This document shows positions 48,751-62,577 of a stretch of DNA of 64,000 nucleotides, in pieces. The translations under genes were made by a program, and so were the position numbers. Source of the stretch: Raillietiella orientalis (taxonomy: Eukaryota); the NCBI GenBank assembly GCA_036172245.1, contig JAYWIR010000013.1:930001-994000 (forward strand), written 5' to 3'. Position 1 is the first letter of the stretch. The number at the start of each line of letters is the position of its first letter. The notes under the pieces were generated by a model that saw only the letters and a list, made by a program, of their open reading frames with translations, ran no database searches and was not told the origin of the DNA.

Positions 48751-51049
48751 TTTTGCGCACGCGCGGAGCTCAGCGGAAGCGACCAGAGGATGGAGAGGTT
48801 TGCTCGTTATGACCCATCCTGATCTTCGAGCTCCTGCCCGGTCGGTGGAACCATGGCCGGCACTCTGCGACCGGGAGCATTCGAACAATCTCCTCAAGTT
48901 TTCCTCGGAAGGCGCAGCATCTCGGGAGCTGCACTCCTTCCCGCACTCTTCTTTTCCAACGCGCACCGAGCGCTTACAGGACGATAGATATCTCGCCGCC
49001 GCCACTTCCGCTCCCGCAACTCTTCCCATCTTCCAACAGACTTTCTCACGCAGAGGTCTCGTCCCGAGCTGCATTCAGCGGATGACGAGGGGTTGCCACG
49101 GAAAAGCACGATGACTCTGCGTGTCGTTCTCAAAGCATGAGGGAAGCAGAGGGAGGGAAGGGCTGTGACCGGATGGAAAGGTCAAGACGGTAGCAGATAG
49201 GTTTCCGTTTTCCAGCTCGATGCTTCAGAGCCCTCGAAGAAGGGGGTTCCTTCGTTCCCTGCGCCGCAACGGGTTGCCCATGGCGGACCGTCGGCATCGT
49301 CGTTGGTGCGTCCCATCGAGTTACTCGCATGCCCCTGCGGCACACGTGCAAGCGGCGCTGACCCGGCAGAAACAGGAGGGAGTCTCGGTGTGGAGACAGG
49401 GCAAGCTGCCTCCCTCTCCGCATGAAGCTGGCCGAAGTCGGATGAGCAGAGGCACTTCACGACCGAAAAGCCAAAAAGAAAGAAAAAACGAAATCGTTTC
49501 GTTCCTCTTCCCGCAAGAAGACGCTGGTTTTCTTCAGCCTCCCTGCGCTCTCCCGGAACTGCGCATGGCGTTCCTCGCACCGTCGCGAATATCCGAAACG
49601 AAATACCCTCGGAGGTCGAACCTGCCCCCGGCTGGCACTGCTGCTTTTCGAAATTCGAGGCACGGCTGGAGTCGCTCGAAGACCTCTCTTGGAAGGAAAA
49701 GAGCTTCCCGAAAGCTTCGCATCCTTGCCGCTCTTAAAGTGACGTAGCAACGCGGCTTTCCATCCTCGGAACCATCGTTTTGCATGTACCGTTGCTTCGC
49801 TTTTGTAATAATAATGCAATGTAGGTAATTTGTTAGATTATAATACAAAAGTGACCGTGCAAAAAAAAAAAAAAAAATTGCCCGTATTATCGCCGACCAT
49901 TGCGGAAACCATCATCATCATCTGTTCGATCGTGCAATTTCTGAGAAAACTTCAGCCCGGGAAGTGCTTTCGAAAGGGGTGACTGCCATCTAGCGGAAAA
50001 GCCTGCAGACACTCTTTTCCTCTGCGGGACCCGGTGGACACGACTTCACTCTGGGAAATACGTTACGTCAGCGCAGCTCGAGAGATCCCGGGGAAAAAAA
50101 ACAAGCTGGATGCGAGAGTGCTCGCTCCGTGAGGACGGCTCGGCACGCTGGAGCGAAGGGGTCGATCCATGGTCAACGGATCGAAGCGCCCCCAAGATTC
50201 AGCAATCGTGGATTCCCCCGCTGCCCGGAGCAGAGCCGCTTCGGCGTGCTTCTGGTGCCAACGTCGTAGGGCCGTGCGGTTTCCCTCCCGACCGGCTTTC
50301 CGCAGCAGTGAATCGCTCGATTTCTTCGCTTTGCCCGCTTCTGCCGTTTCCGGGAGAGTGCATGGGAGGACGAGCGGTGGTCACCGCGGCTTTCTCTCTT
50401 TTCTTTTTTTTTTTTTTCGTGTTCGTCTCTCTAGGGGAACGAGTTAGCTTTTCGTTTTATGAAACTTACTGCGGGCTCTAGGCACGGGGCTCGCGAACCA
50501 CGAATCTCTCACTCGTGCTTGTGGAAGAGGGGATCTCTCCGATTCTCGTGGGAGCGAGCAGACCTGCACGTGCGCTACTCCTTGGCCTTACACTGGATGC
50601 CCACCAGAAAACAAAGGCTAAGCGAGTAGAGGAGGAAGAGGCCAAGTATCGCTGCAACGAAGACCGAGGAGACACACAACAAATTCGTACTCTGAAAGGT
50701 CAGTTGTGCATGAACATCCATTAGCAAGGATGCGAGTGTGGACAGTATTCTCGCGTGTCCGATCTGAGTGCCCTCTGCGCGCTTCGGGGAATGCGATTTC
50801 TGCAGGCCTGCAAAAGCGCGGCCTGAGGAAATCGCATTTTTCCCGTCATGCCACAACTCTTTCGTTTCGCTCAGGCAGCGGATGTTGCGTCAGAGGCCAG
50901 AAGTGAGTTTTCGAGTTCCCCCTGAGAGAGATCGCTTTTGGAAACATTTGATTGTACACGTGCTGGTACCGCGTCTTTTCCCCTCCCCCCTTCCCCTATC
51001 TCAATGGACATAGCGGCCAACAGGCCACCAAAGATGATTGTCTTAGATC

Positions 51050-54000
51050 ACGAGCACTGGTCTCTGAGTGTTCTTGCCAGAGTTTGCAACCGAAACCTCA
51101 GACCTATCTATTCTTCCCAACGTTATCAGAACCAAAGCGGCAGCAAGAAGAGGTGGAGAGCAGTTAAAGAATGAGGGGATGGAGCCTTCCAGGATCTTTT
51201 GGAATGAAATGGGATCGTTGTAGATGGAATGGATCACGAGATTTTGAAATTTACCTCAGACTTTTAGTGAGGAAACGAGAAACATGATATTCACTTCGGG
51301 TCTGAATCAAATTTTTCTTTTTCTCACAATAGTCTTCTTCGCAGGTGATTTCTTCATCCACGAACACGGAAAAGATGGATGGGAGTCGTCTCAGGTCTTC
51401 TCGTCTGTTTTGAATTCCACGGGCAGCACAGTAAATCACAGTGGCTTGTGACGGAAGAATTCAGCAGCGCTCCAGTCGTGTCTTCTGAATCATTACTCAG
51501 AGTAGGTTTCGAGTTTCTGAATGGAAGGAAACAACAGTAGCAGCAGCAGTGGCGGCAAAAGGAAGAAGGTCAGAGAACTTATATCGGTCTAATTCTGCTT
51601 CTCTTGCTATTTACCCCTCGCTGGAAAGCAGGATGGTATTTTCTGTTGGAGGTAGGCTCCAAGCCATCCTTTTATCGCTGCAATCTTTACCCAGCTTTCC
51701 AGACTTCAGGGAACATGATGATGACTTCTGCTTGCAACCAGGAAGTGGATTTTCTCCCACCACGTATTTGTCCAAGCATCCGAAACTGAGTGTTTTGTTT
51801 TCCCTTTCTCCCGACATCTTAGGGTGAATTCATCGGATCGTTTCCTGTTTTGCAAGATCACGGCTGGAACAGAATTCTCCTCAGGATCCATTGTTCCTTT
51901 TGTAGCCAGTGAACGAGGTCCTGAGTTCTTCATCGTTTCACACACAATTCCAGTTCTTCCTCCACCCGTGAAGCCACTGGTGCATGGGTCTGCATGCATG
52001 AAAACTCTTCTATACGGAATAACTTGCAACCAATCGAAGCATTTGGCGTTCTGCTACAACTCTGGCAAGAGTCGCCGGAAACTACACTTCTCCCAGATTT
52101 CAACGAACTCTTGAACCCAAAGCATTGTGGTTCTCATTGCTTGAAGGTAATTTTGTATTATTCTTTGCGGCTCTTCCAGCATTTCTCATACAAGGCATTT
52201 TTGTTGTGCAGTGCTGGCATGCAGAGCACCAACTGCCGCCAAAAAAAAAAAGCGAGACAAATCTTTCTTGTTTCTTCGTCTCAAAATATTACATCGATGA
52301 TCCATCCGAGTGCTCTATTTTCTGTTTTCTTGGTCATTGATCCCAAAGTTCCCTAATGAATTCTGTCTCTTTCCCTTTCCAGAACTTTCGTTGGCTTTCA
52401 GGTTTCACCGGCGGTTACATTTCTGCGCGTGGACGCCGACCAGAAAACGACTTCAGAGATCGTTTCGTTCATTTCCAGAAGGAAGCGCCTCTCGATCCGG
52501 AATCCGAAAGAGTGCCAGTTGCCTCCGAACTTCGCTTCCGCCTGCAAAGCATGCAGGACAAGCCGAAAGCCTCCTGCGAGCTTGTCCGAGGGGCGCTCGC
52601 CCAGTTACGCGCAGGAAACGCTTCCGTCTACCGCCCTTGTTGCCCATCTCACCGCTGGCTGCTGCTGTTTCCTGCCTTCCGAATTGCCCCCTTGGAGATT
52701 GAGCCCTCGACGGCGCTCTCAGGGAGGGAATGAATTCCTCCAGGTGAATCGATGGTAAATCGCTTGCTTCCCGGAGAGCCGAAGTTTCAAAACCGTTTGA
52801 AGAAAAAATAAGAATAAAGGATAACGAAGGCTGCGACGTGAGGATGCCCTAACAACGTCGCAACGTGAGCAGACGCCGAATCGGAGGGCAGACGAAAATT
52901 GTAAATTTCGAAATTGCAACCGGATTCCCTCTTGACTTTCAGCCACACCGACGCATCCTTGCGCTGCATCACTGCGTCGTCAATGCTTGCTCGGATTTCG
53001 ATGCGAGAAGCCCGAGGCAACCACGTCAGCGGTCCAAACCACTCCGCGGTTTGCCATGGCGATGACTGAATTCCCTTGAAGATCCTTCGAAGTGAAGCCA
53101 AACGCTTCGTCAGCAGGTAGGAAGGAGATGCTCCCAGCACGTGTCCTTCTCTTCATCCTGAAGGATGAGCCCAAAAATGAGATCCTTTGGATGACGAGCG
53201 CGACTTTTCCCGGACAGGAACCATGGACTGTGGTCGAGGAGGAGCTGCCAGCTCTTACCACACGTTCCAAATTCTGCTAAAGGACTTTGGCAGAATTTTT
53301 TTTTTTTGGGGGGGGGGGCACTCCGCTCCCATCTGCTTCCACCAACAAAAAAAAAAAATCTCTTCATGCGAAAATCGATCGGTGATCTCCTTCCGACCTT
53401 CATGTGAACCAACGGGCACGTTCTCCTCCTGCAAGTCCTCTCTGGAGATTTAGTGGAATTCCACGCTTGCAACAGTCGTCAGAGGTCTTCACCGAAATGA
53501 AATTTCCGACGGAAGCCTCAGACTTGCCAAACGGATCGCCGCTTTCCATCCTCGTGGCACGTGCAGAGGACCCTCTCGAGACTGAGCAGCACCGAGGTCT
53601 CCGAGTCCGGTCGAGTGGGCCTGGCATTTGTGGCTACAGGAATGTGGCTCTTCATCGAGAGCTTAATTAACTCTGCACCTTAAGAGAGCTTTACATGTTC
53701 CTCCCTCGTATTACATAAAGCATCCAGTGTAAGAAGAGTTCCACGGATGCTTTGCAATTAATTATGCTCAGGGCAAACTTCTGGGAGACGTCAGGGAAGT
53801 TATCAGAGCTTGAGATTGACTGGGTCGCTACGTGATGGAGCATGTAATTGAGAACACTGCTGCGGCGGGATGGGAGGGAACGAGATGAGGAGTGCTAGAT
53901 GGGAGGGAGCTGGTTCGGCAGGTGCACTTGGAGACGGAACGCAAACGTGTTCGCGAAAGAGCTGAGCGTTTTCTCCAGGAAGGCCATCTGAGCAGTCCCA

Positions 54001-54300
54001 TTTTTTTTTTTTAATGTAAATATCGGGGAAGAAGGAAACAAAGTTCCTCGATCTAGACGAAGGCGTCTTGGTCCCCCAGTCGAGAAGCTGCGCTTCCTTT
54101 CCGAGTCTTGTCATGATGACGAGCTGCAGTGCATCCTCGTCAACACTCGCTGCTATATTGAAACCTTCCCTTAGAGGAAGGAATGCGCGCACTGCAATGA
54201 AGCAAAAGTTTGCATCGGAGATGATGGACTCGATGTTCTTTTTTGGGAGATATCCTAGGTGGGAATTGGAGCAAGTTGTTATGGTAGATCCTGCTCAGCA
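51050..54300 (-). pseudogene. Cluster of PIF/Harbinger relics (transposase and Myb/SANT pieces)
   Basis: SDANFCFIAV (~54200), FGKSEASV, ADEAFG (~53105), IYNFRL..GILTS..FVIL (52820-52905), LVLCMPALHN (~52210), RCREKGK (Myb-like, ~51810). Confidence 0.6.
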
Positions 54301-56397
54301 CGTGATTTAATCCTCCTCCGTTCCATAGGATGCAGCGTTCCTCGTCATCCGAAGAACTGGGACCAATAGAGGGGGAGGAGGAGGAGGTCGGAAAAATCGG
54401 CCGCTCCTCCCGGCATCCCCCCCCCCGTTCCTCATGGAAAGGACAGAAGAGGGCGCTCCCTCTCTCCCGATCCCGCAGCAGACAGCGTAGGAAAGCGCGA
54501 CTCCCCGAAAAAGACGAAGCCCTGCGTTTTTCCCCTTCGCTCCCGACGGGGATCGCACGCCATCCCTCCGCGGGAGGGAGAAATCCGACCGACTTTTCCG
54601 CGGTGGCGCTGCGGATACCACCGGGTTCCGGCATTTTCTTTTTTCTTTTTTTTGTCCCCCCCCCCCCCCTCCATCCGTTTCCCTCCGCCACCTTCCACCT
54701 CCTTACGGAGGGAATTATCAATGGAAGCTGCGGGGACCGAGCTGCATCGAATTATCACGTCCAGCGTGCAGCAGCTGTGTGACAAACGGCGCGAATTTGC
54801 ATAGATCCTTGAAAACTATTTATCAGACGAGAATCTTTGAAAACCAGTCTCAGTTTCACTTGCTACTATATGGAAAAAGGGAGAAAAAAAAAATTACTGA
54901 CAGGTGATTCGCACAAACAGGAAATATTCAATGGAAAACATGGAATTATTATTATTTTCTGAATGAGGTTTCCAAGTATGCGAAATCGCGCGCGAGCTGT
55001 GCCGAGGTTTATCCCGGAATCAGGAGATGCTGATGAATCTGTGAACTGTCAGTCATCTGGGAGAAAACCAACGAATTCCACGGGGAACCGGCGAAGAAGT
55101 CAGGCTTCTTGTGATGAATGTGTTTTCGACTTTCCATCATCTCGAGAAGTCCTACGGAGGTGAAGAAAAATATGGGATGTGGGTGACCAGGCTCGGATTA
55201 TATATCTTACTCGGTGGAAAAATCTTCACGTCTTTCCCTGCTCCACCGAGGCAGACCGCTCTGGAGGAACCTGCGCGTGCGAACGGAAAAACACCCGCAT
55301 TGGCTTTAGGGAGGAAAAAGGAAGATTCAGGAAGCGCCGGTTGCGGGAAGAATGCAGATTTTTCGGCGAGATCTTTCGCACGTGGCCGAATTGGGGAGGA
55401 GGAAGGGGGGGGGGGAATGGGGTTAATGAGCGGAAGAAAGTGGGGACTGCTCCCGCTTTTCCCAAGTCTGAAGGGACAGCCCGAGGGTAGGGAACACCTA
55501 TAGGGATGAGAGATGGTCCCCAAAGTTATTCGTCAGAATCCCGGCTCGTTTGAGAGACTCAGAGACTGTTATAGATCGGAATCCGAATCCTCTCGCCGCG
55601 AAGCTGGATGAGAGAATTAATAATCGGAGGAAATCGCGTGGACGTAAATCTTGGAGTAAGTGCACAGAAATCCATCAAAGAAGACAGCCCTTCCGATGAG
55701 CACTTCGCTGGTTACACAGGCAGTGAAGACCACGGGAGGACCATAAATCTCGGAAATGTTCCCCCAATAAAGTCAGGGGGAATATTCTAAATAGAGTGGA
55801 AGGCGTTCATTAGTTGGTCCAAGAAGCTCCGCGTACTTTGTAATTTCCTCCTCGAACAAGCGCGACGATTGTACAGTCCCGCGGCAAGTTTGAAGGCGCC
55901 GTCCTCCTGTTCCCCCCAGCAGGAACGCAGAAGCGACGAACGGCGTGAGATCGACCCCCCGCGCGTCCCTCATTTCCTTTGCGAACCGTCGGGAAGACGG
56001 GTTTCTGGTCCGGGACCACTCTTCGGGACGAAAAGAGGGGTCGGTCCCCGTACTGGGAGCGGAGATCCTCCCGGAAGGCCTGGCCGTCGCACCGGGGACG
56101 AGGCGCGCGCGTTTGGCAAAAGGGGTCATCCCCCCCCCCATGCATTGCTCTTAACCACGTCGAAACGAATGCCGCCGCAACGGAGGAAAAGAAGGAAAAA
56201 AAGAAAGAAAGGAAGGCAGAAAAGCGCACGCCATTCTTCCCGGGAGAAAGGACCCCATTTGAGGAAGCATTTTCGACTTACTGATGTGTGAAAGGCACTC
56301 GGCTATGGTCGCTGTCGCATTGGATTTCGCCCGCATCGTCCGCCCGCCGCTGCGAAAAAAAGCGGCCCTTCGGCCGCCAGCGGAATTCTCGCTTGCG

Positions 56398-56497
56398 GCG
56401 CACCCATTGTTGCCCGCCACCACCCCGGGCGGCGGCGGCGCACCCATTGTTGCCCGCCGCCGCCGCCACCGCCCGGGGTGGCGGCGGCGGCGGGCAA
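56398..56497. repeat. GC-rich 40-bp tandem repeat with a perfect 21-bp hairpin
   Basis: GCGCACCCATTGTTGCCCGCC twice; arms 56450-56470 and 56477-56497 are exact reverse complements. Confidence 0.92.
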
Positions 56498-57299
56498 ACT
56501 GGACACTCTCTCGCGCGCGCGCGCCTGCGCGTGCGCCTTGTTCCACGTGGCAGAGAGAGAGGGAGGGAGAGGAGCGCCAACAATCGGAACGTCAGGTATT
56601 TTTCCTGCGCGCCCACGCCTGCGCCCATCGTTGCACGATCCTCCATCTTGTTCTCGCGCGCGCGAAATGAAAGAAATTCGGATCCGCTGCTGCTCTTGTG
56701 CATCCCACAAGGAGAAAACGATCCAAAAAAAAAAAAAGAGGAAGAGGAAGAGGAAAAGAAGTTTCCTTAGCGTGTGTTTCGAAGGGCAAGCAAGCCTTTA
56801 TTTCGTTTTATGTGTTTGTAAACTTGCAGCAGGAATTAGATGCGTGTTCGTCCACTGGCGAAAAAACGAATTGGCTCTCTCCAAGTTGAAATTATTAGTT
56901 TATGCTGTTCCGTGCGCACTTCTTTGAAATAATTACTTTTAACAGCTGAAGGCTTTGTTGTTTACACGTGAAGCGTAATGGTTCGTAATGCCAACCCAAC
57001 TGACGTCCATCGTGATGGCGGGGTAAGACAAGGAGAGAGAGAAAAAAAAAAAAAAAAACATGAAATAAAATAAAACGAACGCCCACTCTACCAGTGGGCT
57101 AAGACGCGAGAGGTTTCTTCTAGGCGAGCAGTAGCACGCGGCGGGGTGCTGTCGGTGCTGCCGCGTCGGGAAGAAATGTCGTTCGTGCTCTGCTGGGAGG
57201 CCATACCAATCAGGAAATGGGTCCCGCATTGGTATTTTGCTATGCCTCTCCACCCAAGGCTAAATTAATACATTTCGGTAACTGCATGCTTTCAGTTTA

Positions 57300-58260
57300 C
57301 CGTCTTAAGGTCCGAACGAGTCTCTTCGTTTGACGACGCGGCGCCTGGGAAAAGACACGGAAAGGAGTCACCGTTGCCCCTCCCCCCTTCCCTCCAACCC
57401 GGGGAAGTGTGCTTACCCTGAACGTTGGAATCCAGCTCGCAAAGCTGTTCGACTTATCGGGACAGGAAGTTCGCTGAACAAGGAAATCCCACCGGTTTCC
57501 CCTGCGTGCCGTGCCACTTGCTTCACGGGCTAACCACACGGACCACTTAGTCTGCTTCGGCCTAGGCCACCCGGGGATCGCAGCAGAACAGTTTTCGATT
57601 CGCTTCCACGGTTTCGGAATAGAGAGTTCCCTCCCGAAGTTCTGTAGTCTCGGACCCGAAAGACGCCGGGACCTGGCGCCCGAGATCCCTGATCCTCGTT
57701 GGCACCCCCTGACTGTATTCCGACTCCCTCGCCTGGACGCTTCCAGAAAACAAACTTGGCCGGTTTCGCAGGGCAGGCGAACATCCATTCGTGGACTTGC
57801 GGTCATCGGAGACGGTGGTGATCGGATAGCAAAGTGCACCGGCAAGAAGTGACGAGTCCGTTTTCTAGAGGACTCGGAAAGCAGCTAAACCGTGGACGAG
57901 CATGGCGATCCACTTGCAATCACTTCAAGGGTCTGCACGCGAGTTACTTGCGACGGACCGCGCGACAGCCCCCACCCGACGGTGGCTGAGCTGCAAGAAG
58001 GAGCTGCTGCGCGACTCTCGTCTGGGAAGAACCCATCTCGAGCGAATCGCTCGTTCCCCGCACCCACTGACCGAGGGGTGGGGTGAAACGGGCTGCAAGA
58101 AACCCCCCGGGATGATCCTGCCTGGACGGAGAATTCTGTAGGAGACGCGGCTCCAGATCCGCAGAAGGTCTGGGAACCAAGAAGGACCGCGTTTCCCCCC
58201 CAGGTGCTGGAAGTCTTTTTTACGGAGAGGAATCGGCACTCGGCCTGCCTGCTCGATTTC
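57300..58260 (-). pseudogene. PIF/Harbinger transposase relic
   Basis: SSFLQLSHRRVG (~GDSFxSLxxxFRVG), HFAIRSP, LSIPKP, LAREA (~ADEAF), PFRVFSQ in order. Confidence 0.45.
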
Positions 58261-58429
58261 AGACTCCGAGAATTCCGAGTTCGTCTTCCGGCGTGCCCAT
58301 TGCTTTGGTCATTCAAACCCTAGGGATGGTCGGAGAATGATTTGGTTTTTCATTTGGGCAGGGCAGCAACCTCGTACGTACATCGACTAAATGGGAACTG
58401 CTGGGGTTTGGTTCAAAATTCCGAACGCC

Positions 58430-58471
58430 GAAATCTCGAAAAGTCATTAACAAATAAATATATATGCACAT

Positions 58472-58515
<44 letters not shown>

Positions 58516-59290
58516 TAGATAGATAGATAGATAGATAGATCAATGTGCAAATGTATTTTAACAAGCATGTTCAGTAATGTTTATTAACACACATACTATT
58601 AATATAACTGATAATGTGCGTTAACATGTGTTAGTGATATACATAAACATTAAAGACTATAAAAATAAATCTTTCTGTTTATTATGTATATTAATATCTA
58701 TAAGAAATATATATTAAGCGAATATATAAATATCGAATTAGAAACACACAAGCGATCAAAGTCCCGAAATGGAATTCATCGACTGTTGAGACAGTTTCCG
58801 TTACGAAGTGCTGAAAAAGGACAGGAAAAGGAAATACCAGATTCCTTTTTCGTTTTTTGTTTGTTTGTTTTCCATTCCTTCTAACTGCCATCGTCATTTT
58901 TCATTTTTTATAAAATTCGATACTTTTACATTCATTTAATATATTTTAAACACATATTTATCTTCAATATGGAGCTAACAATATGTTCATGCATATCGTT
59001 AATCATATTCAGTCTATCATCATTAATTATATTAATAATACGTGTGTTAATAAACATAAATAAATACATGTGTTAAAATAATATTAATATCAATAATACG
59101 TTTGTTCATAAATATTGATAGATGTTTATGTTAAAACGAAGTTGTACATTCATCTATATATAAATATGTGTGTTAATGCACATAACAAGCATATATATAT
59201 ATATTTTTTATAGCCTTATAATATATATATTAATGCGTATACTACTCTATACATAAATACATATTTATTTTTTCATGATCTTTCGGGAAT
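58430..59290. mobile_element. AT-rich degenerate foldback/MITE-like element
   Basis: Sharp AT-rich island. Exact inverted 16-mer ATGTTTATTAACACAC at 58577-58592 vs 59042-59057, extendable to ~31 bp, plus imperfect inverted ends (~58432-58465 vs ~59255-59291). Confidence 0.55.
58475..58540. repeat. (AT)n(AGAT)n compound microsatellite
   Basis: Directly visible. Confidence 0.97.
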
Positions 59291-62200
59291 TATGATGGGC
59301 ACCGGAGTTGCTTACTGCTGTTGAATTTTTGTTGCGAAAGGCAAAAATGGCTGAGTAGCATGAGAGGGTTGTTGGAAGGCACGTGGAGGGGAAGAAGATT
59401 GGCAGCTCATCCCTTCCGGCAAGAGAGTTCGTGGATGAAGCACACGATGGTCTGAATTCTCAGGAGGGGTTGCGCCCGAGCCCGCGTTTTGAAGATTCAT
59501 AGGGATTGGGCAGCGTTGGGAGCACTGGATTTGGAAAGGAATTCCGGGAGCTCCTCGCGCCTTTGTTGTGTTCAAGGGTTGCGGTCTTTTCTCCTCACAA
59601 AGAGTCCGCTTGATCCAAGGGGGAGCTCCCCTCCCACTATTGTGCTAGGCGGCTCTTTCCCGTCTCCATAGCGAAAAATTTTCGAAAGCTCGAGATACTC
59701 CATCCATCCTGAAGGTCAAGACGACCCATCCTCACTTTACGTGATTTCCATGGAGCCTCAGCCAGCGACGACCTTTGGCCTAAGAACTCCTGGAAGCCGT
59801 CCGCTGCGGCTTCACTTCCACCCACAGTTTCCGGAAACCTCTTGTGGTCCCATCCTTCTCCCTCTTTGTTCCGAGTTCCCTTATCAGCTGCGTCCTCCCG
59901 CCACGTTCTTTTCTTACTCGTTCGAGCGGTGTCTCCCGACGGGGGAAGAAGGGAAAGACGAAGGCACGGGCACGCGATCGCAAATCTCTGCCTTCCTCCT
60001 CCTTTCGCGTTCTTGGAGTTGGTTCCGAAAAGTCCTATTTATTTTCAGCGGCAGACGATCTTCCTCCTGCGTCTTCCGGACTCCTTCGCGCTTTCCTTCT
60101 CGTTGGCTGCTGGAACAGCTCGCCGTTCTCGGGTCAACACGTTTCGCTTACTGTGTACTCTCGGGGAAGGCGCGGAGGATGGCCCCCTCCCTTTCCTTCG
60201 GGACGGGGGGGGGCTGCGACGGGCTGCCTGTGAAAAACAACGCCGCTCACCGGCCGGCCGCCTGCCTCATTCTCCTCGCCTTCATTACCGCCGCGCGGAT
60301 CCTCGCTTTCCATAGGGCCTTCTTCCCGGCTGGCGGTTAAGCCCCTGCCTCTGGAATGAGTGAAACGCATCACGACTCGCCCATCAAAGGGATCATTACG
60401 CTGACGCAATTTCTGGCTTGCAATCTTCGAGACCGTTATCGCCTTTTCGGATTGCAGCCGGGATATTCTGCAAGAGCAGCCCTCGTTATCCAAAGGCCTG
60501 CCGAACTGAAAAGCTTTCCTCGGAATGGCTCGACGGGAAGCGCGCGCGCGCGCGAGGCGAACGGGGAAGGAGCGTTGCTGTGCTGCAGCTCCTCCGGCGA
60601 AGCGGAAAACTCTTTTTTTTTTTGTTTTCTGGCTCCCAGCAGAAAGAAGACGAAATGAGATCCGTATCGGCTGTTCTGGAGCTCTTCCGAAGACCAATGA
60701 TGTATAATTACTTCGGATTGGTGGAGTTAAACGAAGCAGTAAAGGTCATTTCGATCACATCTACGGTAAACAAACTTTTCCTCCTCTTCGGTAATCTGGA
60801 GAGCATTCCATCGAAACCATGGGAAAAAAAAAAAACCCTCTCGAAGGGAAGAGGCTGGAAAGCGAGTTCATTTATTCGATCGCTGACGTCGCGACTTTCG
60901 TCACCGCTTCGGAAGGCGTTGCTTGGAAGCGCTTGTCGGAATTCTGCGTGGTGCCGTGACGGCAGGCAAGAGGAAACAAATCAAGATTAGCACGCTCTCA
61001 GTACCACTGCTGGTTTCGCAACAAGACCAGTGGTAATATCGTAGGGGAACCAACTGATTCGCAGTCGGCTCCGGGCCACAAAGCGACACGACTCTTCCGA
61101 ACCGAAGCGCCACCTGACATTTTGGATGAGGCGCTTCAGCTGCGAGTTGTTAAGGAAAGTTGTTAGGGTTGCGGCAATTCTGGTGCAAATCTTCCCTCGG
61201 AAAAGAAGACGAAAACTAAATTGCAGAGGAAGAAAGCAAGCTGGCACGTGATCTGCTTGAAGGCTGGAGGAAAGAACACGCACGGTTTCCCTGCATCAAG
61301 ATCGGTTGTTGAAAGAATAACATCGGCAGCGACGATCGTGGGAGGCTTTGCGGAACTGCAAAGGGGGAAAAAAGGTCGAGACTGTCACATAACCAGATGA
61401 AGCACCAGGAGACGGGATGGCCTTTTCGTTCACAGATGGCTGGTTTGAAGGGAAGAAATCCTTCCCGGATGGAAGTTCACCAAAGCAGCGCGCTGCGAAC
61501 CCTTCGTGTTTGGTCGCGAACTACCGTTGCCACGCGGGTGTCAAGGTATGTTCTGACGAAACAATGGGTCTGTGGCGTAGGGAGCCGCGCAAAGGGAGCC
61601 CCTATTCTTGACGTTGTGAGTGGGTCCCTCCCTTCCTGCCTGTGGTGGTTCCGGTGAAGGGACTTCACGACGTGTCACGAGGTCACGGGGCTTCCGTGCC
61701 CTCGGAAAGCTCTCGCAGATACGACGAAGGAACTGTAAAACAAATGTCAAAGCAGGCAGCAGTTCCGGGAACTGAGTTTCCCATGGTTACCCTGCGGGTC
61801 GCAGCGCTTCGCCCTGTTTACACAGCGCGCCGCACCGAGCCGCAAGCTAGGTGCACGCACGGCTCCCCCAGAGGGAGCCCCGGACGGATCCTTTGGGGAT
61901 GCGTCGTCTTGCATTCCCGGAAGCACTCATTGAACGCGGCAGGGCGGAGCTCGCCCGCAAGGACTTTGCGCTCCTTCTGGGCCTCGCTCTTCTTGCGGAA
62001 CACTTCTGCAGGGACGCAGAACGCCAGCACTGCGGCCGAGTGAAGTCGCCATCTGGAAGCGAAGCGCGAACCGAGGATGTGTCTCTGGATGCTGCTCACA
62101 AGGAACGACCGAGAAGGCGAGCTCCTCCTTAGCATGCAGATGGCAGCCGCAGCGATCCGCGAGTAGCCACCTTCCTTGGATGTTTGACTGCCCCACGATG

Positions 62201-62577
62201 CAAAGCGTGAGGGGGGATGAACTAAGGGAGGAAGAGGAAAAGGGAAGGAGGAACGGAGGAAGGAAGGAAGAGGAGAGGAGGAGGAAAGAAGGAGAAGGAA
62301 GAGAGGAAGGGAGAGCAAAGCTACCGGACAGGGGGAAGCCGCGCAGCTGCAGAATGACCTTCTTCACGGGGCCTTCTTGACCGCTTCTCAGGGGGGAAGG
62401 TCGGAGACAGGTCGTAGTCGGAAAAGAAGCCCACCAATGGGCTTGGAGAGCGCATGCCTGCTCCCCCCCTTCCCACTGGTGGAGGCATGAGGAGGAAGGG
62501 GCGGGCGGCTTCCTTCCGGCTGCCTGCGCTTGGGGCGGGGCCAGGAGCGGCACGTACTGATGGGGAGACGCCCCTAG

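Noticed and set aside
55600..55850. Possible GIY-YIG (Penelope) C-terminal remnant
   Set aside because: No GIY/YIG motif and no recognisable hammerhead core nearby; too weak to call.
59312..59575. LNTTKARGAPGIP resembling LINE RT domain 0
   Set aside because: Single weak motif with no supporting downstream RT motifs.
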